A stretch of DNA of 64,000 nucleotides, from positions 47,941 through 111,940 of IMG/VR virus record IMGVR_UViG_3300020042_011666; one strand, written 5' to 3'. The stretch's first letter is position 1. Each line of letters opens with the position of its first letter. The notes below the pieces were generated by a model, which worked only from the letters and a program-made list of their open reading frames with translations, did no database searches and had not been told where the DNA came from. The stretch is from a virus. The translations under genes and the position numbers were made by a program. Shown here one piece after another: positions 56,476 through 64,000 of the stretch.

Positions 56476-57582
56476 TTATATTCCAAATCTTGATTTAAAT
56501 GCGTTATAGTTAGTTAATACTTCTGATGATGATAGTGCTTTATTGTAAATTCTAACAACGGGTAAGTTTCCATTAAAATAATAACCTCCTCCATGAAATC
56601 TTCCTAACCATAATTTACTACTTCCTGTGGTAGTCATACTCCTACCTGCTGCTGTCCCTATTAAAACTCCATCAATGTATAAAGCAGCTCCTGAGGATTG
56701 ATTAGTAATCGTTAGGTGATGATAGTTTGAGTTTGGGTAAGATGAATTTGAAAAAGCATTACTTTGACCATCCCCTGTATTCCATGCTATTATGTTATTT
56801 GTAAAGTAGATGTTAGGTCCTGAAGCGAAATTATCACTGTCTAGTGAGAATGGGATGGTGCCATTATAAGTTGATGATTGTATTATTAGCTCAACTGTTC
56901 CATCGTATCCGGATGTATAGTCTGTATTAATATAATCATTTGTACCGTCAAATGTTATTTGACCACTATTATTAAAGGATACATCTGTTAAATTTATAGT
57001 AGACCCTGTTAAAGGCAGTAGGCCTTGAGTTACTGATCTGGTTCCATTTGCAGGTAAGAAAGGGGATGGGTAACTTGTATATTCAAACTGAGGCATTGCA
57101 AAGTAAGCTGTTCCATCTGTTGAATATACTAGTGCTGCTACTCCATAGCTATTACTTTGATTAATTGTATAAGTTTCACTTATTCTAACCCATTGACCGG
57201 TAGCTATAGTTTTTTGTGTTCCGTAATACCAAGGCCACCAGTGTTGCCCTACTTGAACGTAAGTGCCGGATTGCATCCATGCATATATGCTATTTGTTAT
57301 TGTCTCTACGTTATTATTTGGATATGGAGCTTTCCATAAGATCGATTGTCCATATACTCCGGGAGTGTCTGCAACTACTTTCACAACCTCATACCCTGCT
57401 ATAGGAGGAAGGGGAAATGTCTGGTTTCTATAGTTAGTTGCGCCTGAATTGTAGATACTGTAGGAGACTGCATCCCAGTAATTTGTTGAGGGTTGTCCGA
57501 TATACGATTTTACAGTATTACCCGTATCGTAATAAAATACGATTCCATCCTCAACTATATCAGGTCCGGCATTTGCAGACAT
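56476..57582 (-). CDS. LamG protein with inserted carbohydrate-binding-like module
   Basis: YYDTGNTVKSYIGQPSTN, insert, FDGTNDY, LYIDG, YNKALSSSEV..NY...RFGI. Confidence 0.8.
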   Translation of the reverse strand: MSANAGPDIVEDGIVFYYDTGNTVKSYIGQPSTNYWDAVSYSIYNSGATNYRNQTFPLPPIAGYEVVKVVADTPGVYGQSILWKAPYPNNNVETITNSIYAWMQSGTYVQVGQHWWPWYYGTQKTIATGQWVRISETYTINQSNSYGVAALVYSTDGTAYFAMPQFEYTSYPSPFLPANGTRSVTQGLLPLTGSTINLTDVSFNNSGQITFDGTNDYINTDYTSGYDGTVELIIQSSTYNGTIPFSLDSDNFASGPNIYFTNNIIAWNTGDGQSNAFSNSSYPNSNYHHLTITNQSSGAALYIDGVLIGTAAGRSMTTTGSSKLWLGRFHGGGYYFNGNLPVVRIYNKALSSSEVLTNYNAFKSRFGI

Positions 57583-57857
57583 TATGGGTACATTGGCGGG
57601 TTAGGATCAGTCCATTCTGGTGTAGCAAGAATAACTAGAATTTCCTCATAGGTATAAGGACCTTCTTTTGTAGTTAAGTTAGCAACACACTCAGGCGTTG
57701 TTCCATCCCATTTTACGAATGTTTTTGTTCTGTCAACAGATTTACGTACTGTATCGGCTGAGGTTTCTAAAACTTCTGTAAAAATAATTTCATCTAATTC
57801 TGATACGTTGAATATCATAAATTCTCTGTTGTCGTATTCTTGTAATTGAGTTTCCAT
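57582..57857 (-). CDS. small acidic fibre-associated protein (paralog of 61601..61945)
   Basis: F.EVLET.ADTVRKS.D.TKTFVKW...TPEWT. Confidence 0.65.
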   Translation of the reverse strand: METQLQEYDNREFMIFNVSELDEIIFTEVLETSADTVRKSVDRTKTFVKWDGTTPECVANLTTKEGPYTYEEILVILATPEWTDPNPPMYP

Positions 57858-57869
57858 TTATTATAAATA

Positions 57870-58538
57870 TTAAAGTCCGAATCGGGTTTTTTGTGTGTTG
57901 TAGTTTTGTTGTATTTCTGTTTGAGTAAGAGCTCTGTTGTAAAGTTGGATAAGTGCTAAGTTTCCATTAAAAAAATAATTATTATTCCCATCAGTACCTA
58001 TTTTAAATAAGGTACCTCCAGGAAAACTAACATCACTAGTGTATGTGTATGTAGTATTATTAATATAAAGAGAGTTTACACCAGCTTCTCTTTTACAAAC
58101 AACATAATACCATTGGTTCGCTGTTAAAGTTGATGATACCGCAGCTTGCCCTCTGGTGCCTCTTGTAGTAAAAGTTAAATTAGCGGCACCAAAACTAGTA
58201 TTTGTCATTAAAGCCCAATAACTACTAAAAGCCTGCCATACTATAACACCACTGTTATTGAATGTTGGGAATTTAATTACTGTAATAAATGTAAAATTTT
58301 CAGTAATTCCTGTTAAATTTAGACTAGACACTGTAGCATAATCATCCACCCCATCAAATACAATTGAACCTCCGTTGGCCGAATTAAAAGTTGGTCCGTT
58401 AGTTAATGTTCCATTATTTCCATTTCTAGAAACATCTGTCCAAGTAGTACCAGCACCGGGATATGACTTTGTATTTCCGGCATCTAGATACATCACTAGT
58501 CCGTCTGTTACTACTAAGGGTGAGTATGCTGTTGCCAT
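57870..58538 (-). CDS. LamG/ConA-like lectin-domain virion protein
   Basis: GLVMYLDAGNTKSYPGAG, FDGVDDY, WYYV, YNRALTQTEIQQNY...RFGL. Confidence 0.85.
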   Translation of the reverse strand: MATAYSPLVVTDGLVMYLDAGNTKSYPGAGTTWTDVSRNGNNGTLTNGPTFNSANGGSIVFDGVDDYATVSSLNLTGITENFTFITVIKFPTFNNSGVIVWQAFSSYWALMTNTSFGAANLTFTTRGTRGQAAVSSTLTANQWYYVVCKREAGVNSLYINNTTYTYTSDVSFPGGTLFKIGTDGNNNYFFNGNLALIQLYNRALTQTEIQQNYNTQKTRFGL

Positions 58539-59263
58539 TATATCCTAAACCTCCCTCTTAATGCGTTGTAATTTTGTAATAATTCATTATCAGTTAAGGC
58601 TCTATTGTATATGTACAGACATCCAAATTTTCCTTTAAATAATTCGAAAAATCCATTACTTCCGATATACAAAGTAGTCGTATTTCCTGTTGTAGTATTT
58701 CCTGCAGTTGCTACTTGAATGCCGTTTAACCAGCCTTGTGTTCCTCCGGCATTAGAAACTCTGGTTTGGAACATATTAAATTTGGTTCCAGTGTAGTCAG
58801 CATTTGTAAATAAATCTCCAGCAGAATTAACTCCGCCAGGTGTTTCAATATGGTAGTACCTATTACCTGCTAGCTGGTGTACAGATGTTCCTGGTTTTTG
58901 ATTACCTCCTTCTTCTCCCTTAGTTACAATACACATCCAATCGTAATCATTACCTACAGGAGTTTTTGTTTCCATTGCACATATAAACTGGACTGTTATA
59001 TCTGTTAGATTTTGTAATGTTGCACTGTTGGCTACTGTAAAAATATTATTTGCTCCTGTTGATCCATCGGAAGCGGCAAATGAAAAGTACCCGGCTGCAT
59101 TCCAAACAGGATTAGCAGCGTTTCCATTCTTGGTAGCATGATTACTGTTACCGGATAAATCGTACCAGGTGTTACCAGATCCGGGGTAGGAATTAGAATT
59201 ACCTGCATCTAATGCTAGTACTAATCCGCTTGTTACTATTTTAGGTGAATAATGAAATGCCAT
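58538..59263 (-). CDS. LamG/ConA-like lectin-domain virion protein
   Basis: GLVLALDAGNSNSYPGSG, WYDLSGN, YNRALTDNELLQNY...RFRI. Confidence 0.85.
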   Translation of the reverse strand: MAFHYSPKIVTSGLVLALDAGNSNSYPGSGNTWYDLSGNSNHATKNGNAANPVWNAAGYFSFAASDGSTGANNIFTVANSATLQNLTDITVQFICAMETKTPVGNDYDWMCIVTKGEEGGNQKPGTSVHQLAGNRYYHIETPGGVNSAGDLFTNADYTGTKFNMFQTRVSNAGGTQGWLNGIQVATAGNTTTGNTTTLYIGSNGFFELFKGKFGCLYIYNRALTDNELLQNYNALRGRFRI

Positions 59264-59264
59264 A

Positions 59265-59486
59265 TTATATAAACCTTTCTACTTCTACAATGTTCCAAAC
59301 AGGGATAGCTCTCATTTGAGCTTCCCATTCATCAAAATATTCTTTATTAATTTGATAATCAAATAAAATTAATCCTAATCTTTGATAAATAATATTACCG
59401 TCTAAATCAGCAACAGTCTTTCCCCAAGTGTCTTCATCTCGAGAAAAAGTTAACTTCATTGGTTTTATTTGTGTATTTCCTGGCAT
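59265..59486 (-). CDS. hypothetical protein
   Basis: ORF track. Confidence 0.55.
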   Translation of the reverse strand: MPGNTQIKPMKLTFSRDEDTWGKTVADLDGNIIYQRLGLILFDYQINKEYFDEWEAQMRAIPVWNIVEVERFI

Positions 59487-59487
59487 A

Positions 59488-60219
59488 TTATTTTATATAA
59501 ACTGCTCCGTAGTTATGGTAATCAGGTCCTGATGAATCCCAATATGGTGCATCTGCATGCCCTCCACCTGCAAAATAGTTTCCTGACCAACATCCTCCGT
59601 ACCAAAATGGGTTATTGTTATAAAATGTGGAACAGTTTCCGGAACCATATGCATCTTGGTCATTATCGTAAGTTGATAAATTAAATCCATTTGCGGCGTG
59701 GTAGCTATAGAAACCGGGAGTGCCTGTTGATGTTTCATCAGCAATTGCTGTTGCTCCTACAATTGCGTAAGTACTATTAAAGTTGTCAAATCTCCACCTA
59801 TATCTTTTTGTATGAGATCCTGTTGACCCTAAAGCTACTGCAGAAGTTGCTACAAATTGAACAACCATTACTTTTCCGGAAGTTACTCTACCGGCTAAGT
59901 AAGACCAAAATTTTGTTCCAATCCAAGAATTATATCCTGATACTCCGGTTAGTCCCCTAGGACCTCTTGGGGTGTTTGTTCCATTATTGGTACCCGGGTT
60001 TCTAAAATTACAAGTATTAACTGCGTTAAAGTAATTTAAATTATTCATTCCACCAGTATAAGCAGTATTGCTCATTACTTGTACCCAACCGCCACCGTCA
60101 TAATCCTGGTCTACATAGGAAACTACAGGTCCTGCAGGTGTATTAATTGCATAAAACCCAGATGAACCGGTTATGTCAAAAGCACTACTGTAAACCTCAC
60201 CTCCGTAAAAATTTCCCAT
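59488..60219 (-). CDS. fibrinogen C-terminal domain (FReD) protein
   Basis: SGFY.I, DQDYDGGGW, YHAANG.NLSTYDNDQD...NC...FWYGGC. Confidence 0.8.
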   Translation of the reverse strand: MGNFYGGEVYSSAFDITGSSGFYAINTPAGPVVSYVDQDYDGGGWVQVMSNTAYTGGMNNLNYFNAVNTCNFRNPGTNNGTNTPRGPRGLTGVSGYNSWIGTKFWSYLAGRVTSGKVMVVQFVATSAVALGSTGSHTKRYRWRFDNFNSTYAIVGATAIADETSTGTPGFYSYHAANGFNLSTYDNDQDAYGSGNCSTFYNNNPFWYGGCWSGNYFAGGGHADAPYWDSSGPDYHNYGAVYIK

Positions 60220-60220
60220 A

Positions 60221-61426
60221 TTATCTTAAATAAACTTGTACGTGTGATAAATATTCTGCCTCGTCGGCTTGAACTTGATCTGCTCCTAATACGTGTCTTG
60301 CAGTAAATGAATTTGCTGTGTGGGCATACCATCCGGTATCAATGCTTAGGTAACCGTCCTGACCATAACCACCACCGGCCCAAGGACGGTAAGTGTATGT
60401 TTGATGGCCACTCCAAGATGCAATTACTCCTGAATCTTGAACGCTAATAGCTGGTTCTAAATTATATTGTTTTGTAAATCTTAATTTTTCTGTTTCACCT
60501 CCGGCTGAGTTCATTGTAAATAACTGGTTTGTTTCGTTATCTAATGAATCAACTAAATGCCAAAATACTTTATAACGTACTTCGGTATGAACTGGTAAGC
60601 TACTTAATGTTAAAGTGTAAGTAGCTGGACCTGTTGTCCAACCGTGAGCATTTACTTTACCTAATCCCCCAAATTGGTTCATAGTAAAAGTTGTTGTATT
60701 ATTCCAATTTGCTACGTAAGGAGCAGCATTGTTTCCTTCTGAGTATGCATATACAAATCTTTGCTGGGTTGAATTGTAGTTTTGTAGTATTTCCGATGCT
60801 GTAAGTGCTTTATTGTATATTCTAGATTGAGCGATTTTACCATTAAGAAAATAACCTGTGCCGGGGCCATAAGCACCTATAAATAAACCAGTAGCGTTTG
60901 TACTAATAGTTCCTGTAATTCCGGTTGTTTGGGCGATTTGAACACCATTCAGATATATTGTTTTAACTCCGCCACCGTATGTACAAACAATATGATTCCA
61001 GGTATTAACAGCGATGTAACTAGGGATATAGAATGTTAAGTCTTGATTACTTAATCCCATTGTTCTAAAATAAAAAGTACCGTCACTGTTATAGAAATTA
61101 CTGTATTGTGTGTTTACTTGTCCTTTTTCAAATAAAAAACCATTTTGGAAAAGGGAATTTATATTACTCCAACTTTCCATGGTGATAGTTTGACTATCTA
61201 AACTAGTACTATTGGGAAAAGAAACATAATCATTAGTACCGTCAAAAGTTAAAATTCCTTTGTAGTTTGAATTATAGCCAACACCGTTTGTCAATGTACC
61301 GGTGAGACTTCCCCCACTTATATCGTACCAAGAGGTGCCTGTCCCAGGATAGGATCTTGGATTAGCAGCATCAACGCACATTACTAACCCGTTAGTAACT
61401 ATATTAGGGGAGTGAAAAAACGACAT
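60221..61426 (-). CDS. LamG protein with additional C-terminal beta-sandwich domain
   Basis: GLVMCVDAAN..SYPGTG, FDGTNDY, WNHI, YNKALTASEILQNY, then ~170 extra aa. Confidence 0.8.
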   Translation of the reverse strand: MSFFHSPNIVTNGLVMCVDAANPRSYPGTGTSWYDISGGSLTGTLTNGVGYNSNYKGILTFDGTNDYVSFPNSTSLDSQTITMESWSNINSLFQNGFLFEKGQVNTQYSNFYNSDGTFYFRTMGLSNQDLTFYIPSYIAVNTWNHIVCTYGGGVKTIYLNGVQIAQTTGITGTISTNATGLFIGAYGPGTGYFLNGKIAQSRIYNKALTASEILQNYNSTQQRFVYAYSEGNNAAPYVANWNNTTTFTMNQFGGLGKVNAHGWTTGPATYTLTLSSLPVHTEVRYKVFWHLVDSLDNETNQLFTMNSAGGETEKLRFTKQYNLEPAISVQDSGVIASWSGHQTYTYRPWAGGGYGQDGYLSIDTGWYAHTANSFTARHVLGADQVQADEAEYLSHVQVYLR

Positions 61427-61599
61427 TATTTTTTATCTTGATTGATCGGAAACATTTTATTCAAAGACTCCTGTCTTGCTTTACAACCACAGTCATCTTT
61501 ACCCATTGCTGTAGCAACTCCTTTAGCTACCTGATCTAATTTGGTAGCTTGAGTAATTTTAGCAACGATGTCTCCGAGTCCTTTTATATCTTGATTCAT
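61426..61599 (-). CDS. small protein with DCGC motif (57 aa, not in ORF track)
   Basis: MNQDIKGLGDIVAKITQATKLDQVAKGVATAMGKDDCGCKARQESLNKMFPINQDKK*. Confidence 0.65.
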   Translation of the reverse strand: MNQDIKGLGDIVAKITQATKLDQVAKGVATAMGKDDCGCKARQESLNKMFPINQDKK

Positions 61600-61600
61600 A

Positions 61601-61945
61601 TTATACTTCTTCTTCTATTGGTAAAGGATTAGTCCATTCCGGACCTGAAAGTAATTCTAGCATTGGTTCATGTTCATACTCAGGATATACTCCGTTGTAT
61701 ATATCCGGTCTTCCGTAAGTACCTGCCGGTATGGTGGTAGTCTCTACCTGCCCTGTCTCTTGGTCTATCCAAGTGTATGTTTCAGGTTCATAAAGCACCT
61801 GTACTTCATACTTAACAAACGTTTGAGTTTCATCAATTGAATAACGTAAAGAATCCGGTCCTGCATCTAGAACCTGGCTAAAGTTTACATTTACTACCTC
61901 TGAGGCTGGAATTACCAGCCATCTTCTATTTGGAAACTGATCCAT
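61601..61945 (-). CDS. small acidic fibre-associated protein (paralog of 57582..57857)
   Basis: FSQVLD...SLRYSIDETQTFVKY...GPEWT. Confidence 0.65.
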   Translation of the reverse strand: MDQFPNRRWLVIPASEVVNVNFSQVLDAGPDSLRYSIDETQTFVKYEVQVLYEPETYTWIDQETGQVETTTIPAGTYGRPDIYNGVYPEYEHEPMLELLSGPEWTNPLPIEEEV

Positions 61946-61951
61946 AGTCTA

Positions 61952-62284
61952 TTATAATGATACTGATCCTGTCGGTAAAGGTAAAGTTACCATAACCGGG
62001 TGAATGATCAATTCGATTTGAGCGTCGATGTTTGCTTCAATTTCGTCCATGTCTAAAATAGATTCTAACCATTCTGTTACGATAGCTAAATCTAAATCAG
62101 GGTAAGGGATGAAAGCTTCCGGGGTCGGAGTTGGAACAGCGGTTGCACTATACGTTTCGTAAGTAACGCCGTCTTCGTTAGTTCCCCTGTAACGCCAGTG
62201 TACAGTCTGAACGACGTCAGACATTCCTTCTTCTGATACTCTGCAATCTAATGCAGAAATGGTCCAAGTGTAAGTAATTGCCAT
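61952..62284 (-). CDS. putative tail-fibre-associated / assembly protein
   Basis: YTWTI..LD...DVVQTVHW...FIPYPDL....V..W; TATTTATA upstream. Confidence 0.6.
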   Translation of the reverse strand: MAITYTWTISALDCRVSEEGMSDVVQTVHWRYRGTNEDGVTYETYSATAVPTPTPEAFIPYPDLDLAIVTEWLESILDMDEIEANIDAQIELIIHPVMVTLPLPTGSVSL

Positions 62285-62304
62285 AGTTTTATTTATTATA
62301 AATA

Positions 62305-63516
62305 TTAAGTTAAATTAAAGCGAGTTTTGTAATGTCCGTAGTTTTGTTTTATTTCACCGGCAGTGAGTGCTCGGTTGTAGATTTTTGTCACTGGTATCTG
62401 CCCATTAAACCAATAACTATGTCCTCCGCTGTATCCTCCGTATGCTCCAATAGACATTCCTCCATTGTTTGTTCCAACTGTGCCTGTTAAACCTGTAGTT
62501 GTAGCTGCTAGAACTCCATTAACGTATATTTTTTTTATTCCTGATTCGTAAGTACTTATAACATGGTTATACCTACTTTGGACAAAAGCGTTTGTAGAGG
62601 GGTTAATAAGTGTATCATTAGTGCTTAATCCCATTGTCCTAAATACAAAATACCCTCCTTCAAAAAAATGACTGTATTGAGTGTTTACTGTTCCTTTTTC
62701 AAATAAAAATCCATACTGGTTTAATGTATCTGTATAAAATACACTCTCTAAAGTAAATGTTTGATTATCTAAAGCAGTATTGTTTGGAATAGTGATTAGA
62801 TCATTAGTTCCGTCAAAAGTTATTTGCAAATTACTATCAAAAGATACATCCGCTACAGACATACTATTCCCTCCAGCTAATTCTAATAATGATCCAGTGT
62901 TTGATCTTGAAGTAGGTGTGTATTGCGATATATACTGGCTATTAAGATCTTCTTTAAATGGACCTGCCCAGTATACAGTAATAGGTGTATTTAATGTAGC
63001 TGATAAAGGGTTAATAGCCCAGTATTTTCCGTCACTTCTTGTGGTTGTATCATACCAAAGTACTTTTGCTCTAAACCATCCATCTCCCATATCTTCATAA
63101 TTGCAGCAAGATTGCCAACCTGCTATGTTTGAATAATGTGTAAAAATAGGAGAGCCATTCATTGGTACTGTGGGTTTAAAGAATATACTGTGTCCTGTAT
63201 AGCGATTAGCTAATCCACCACCACCGCTACTCACTACACCTAATCCCGGGTTGTTGCCGTTTGACAACCAAGATACACCGCTACCGTCTAACGGGGTTAA
63301 GGTTTGTATCCAAATAGGGGTTCCTCTGTACGAGTCGCTGGTTTGGCTTAATGTTGTGGTTACGCTACCGGGAACGTTATTATAGTTAGATAGCCCGTAA
63401 CCACTCATTAAGTTTGTTGTAGGTCTACCTAAAAAACTATTGCGGGTATCTCCTGTATCGTAAGCGAATACTAATCCGTTAGTTGCTGTTTTGCTATATC
63501 CTTGTCCTACTGCCAT
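62305..63516 (-). CDS. LamG protein with inserted module
   Basis: GLVFAYDTGD...GRPTTN, insert, FDGTND, YVNG, YNRALTAGEIKQNY...RFNLT. Confidence 0.8.
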   Translation of the reverse strand: MAVGQGYSKTATNGLVFAYDTGDTRNSFLGRPTTNLMSGYGLSNYNNVPGSVTTTLSQTSDSYRGTPIWIQTLTPLDGSGVSWLSNGNNPGLGVVSSGGGGLANRYTGHSIFFKPTVPMNGSPIFTHYSNIAGWQSCCNYEDMGDGWFRAKVLWYDTTTRSDGKYWAINPLSATLNTPITVYWAGPFKEDLNSQYISQYTPTSRSNTGSLLELAGGNSMSVADVSFDSNLQITFDGTNDLITIPNNTALDNQTFTLESVFYTDTLNQYGFLFEKGTVNTQYSHFFEGGYFVFRTMGLSTNDTLINPSTNAFVQSRYNHVISTYESGIKKIYVNGVLAATTTGLTGTVGTNNGGMSIGAYGGYSGGHSYWFNGQIPVTKIYNRALTAGEIKQNYGHYKTRFNLT

Positions 63517-64000
63517 TATGTTAAATTAAATCTTGTCTTATATTGAATGTAATTATTTACAATCTCGGTAGTAGATAATTCTCGGGTGTATATCTTAGTA
63601 GTTGCAATCTGTCCATTTAATACTCTAACGTTTGCTGCATTTCCTCGACCTATATACCGTACTTTTAGGCCGGCATATGAGGAGTTCCAAACATATGTAG
63701 TATGATCTCCGGTTTCGGCAACGCCATTCAAATACATTTGATAACTAGTTCCTCCGTCTTTACATACTAGAACAGCATAATACCAAGTATTAGGTTGTAG
63801 GGTAGTAGAGCCGTATTTCCAAACACCTGGACTTATGTTCCATAAAGCTAATTTATTGTCTAATACCGACCAATACCAGCTGTTATAAGATATTGCTTCA
63901 GAACCTATAAAATTAGCAGGTGAAGTTATGTTGTTGTACCCTCCAGCAACTGCACCGTAGTTAACTATAGATTCAACTGTCCACCCTCCTGTTGATTTAT
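63516..64000 (-). CDS. LamG-domain protein, 5'-truncated by window edge
   Basis: Frame is open to the window end: WTVES...QPNTWYYAV...MYLNG...YTRELSTTEIVNNY...RFNLT. Confidence 0.8.
   Translation of the reverse strand, partial: KSTGGWTVESIVNYGAVAGGYNNITSPANFIGSEAISYNSWYWSVLDNKLALWNISPGVWKYGSTTLQPNTWYYAVLVCKDGGTSYQMYLNGVAETGDHTTYVWNSSYAGLKVRYIGRGNAANVRVLNGQIATTKIYTRELSTTEIVNNYIQYKTRFNLT

Noticed and set aside
11164-59744. Short minus-strand ORFs nested out of frame in larger genes (11164, 16585, 24829, 27820, 30573, 31188, 41368, 59493)
   Set aside because: Fully overlapped by confident genes; no motifs
241-63100. All plus-strand ORFs in the track (e.g. 9151, 17061, 45658, 62780)
   Set aside because: Antisense shadows of well-supported minus-strand genes with no recognisable motifs
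53843-64000. Diversity-generating retroelement acting on the lectin array
   Set aside because: No reverse transcriptase and no template/variable repeat pair differing only at adenines was seen; similarity is protein-level paralogy
1-64000. Stop-codon reassignment, tRNA genes, introns or inteins
   Set aside because: Core genes are full length in the standard code and end in TAA, TAG or TGA; PolB, RNR and helicase show no insertions; no cloverleaf noticed in the short intergenic gaps (not computationally scanned)

Overview
AT-rich segment of a large T4-like myovirus genome in which essentially all real genes lie on the minus strand. Reading in transcription direction (right to left): (1) ~53.8-64 kb, an array of nine paralogous LamG/concanavalin-A-like lectin proteins, a fibrinogen-C-domain protein and small chaperone-like genes. 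(2) ~38.6-52 kb, a contractile tail module: sheath, tube, a tail-assembly chaperone with an apparent +1/-2 frameshift extension, tape measure and baseplate/hub with a papain-like amidase. (3) ~13-38 kb, a T4-like replication module (gp32-like SSB, UvsX, 5'-3' exonuclease, helicase, class II RNR, PolB, clamp, clamp loader, Cas4-like nuclease), plus a minimal PolA-family protein, GroEL/GroES and IscA. Embedded in it is a 7-deazaguanine DNA-modification cluster (folE, queD, queE, queC, TGT-fold DpdA-like) with an HPRT, a signal-peptide nuclease and thioredoxins. (4) ~4.3-13 kb, an island of about 8 glycosyltransferases and a methyltransferase. (5) 0-4.3 kb, small accessory genes (DksA/TraR-type zinc finger, degenerate HNH, lytic transglycosylase). 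TTG-N20-TAnnTT(T/A) promoters, A-rich leaders without obvious Shine-Dalgarno motifs, DDLPF tails and a signal peptide cleaved before Gln point to a Bacteroidota host (inference). A second motif, TATTTATA on the coding strand, precedes most structural genes. All functional calls come from motif recognition by eye; no database searches were run.
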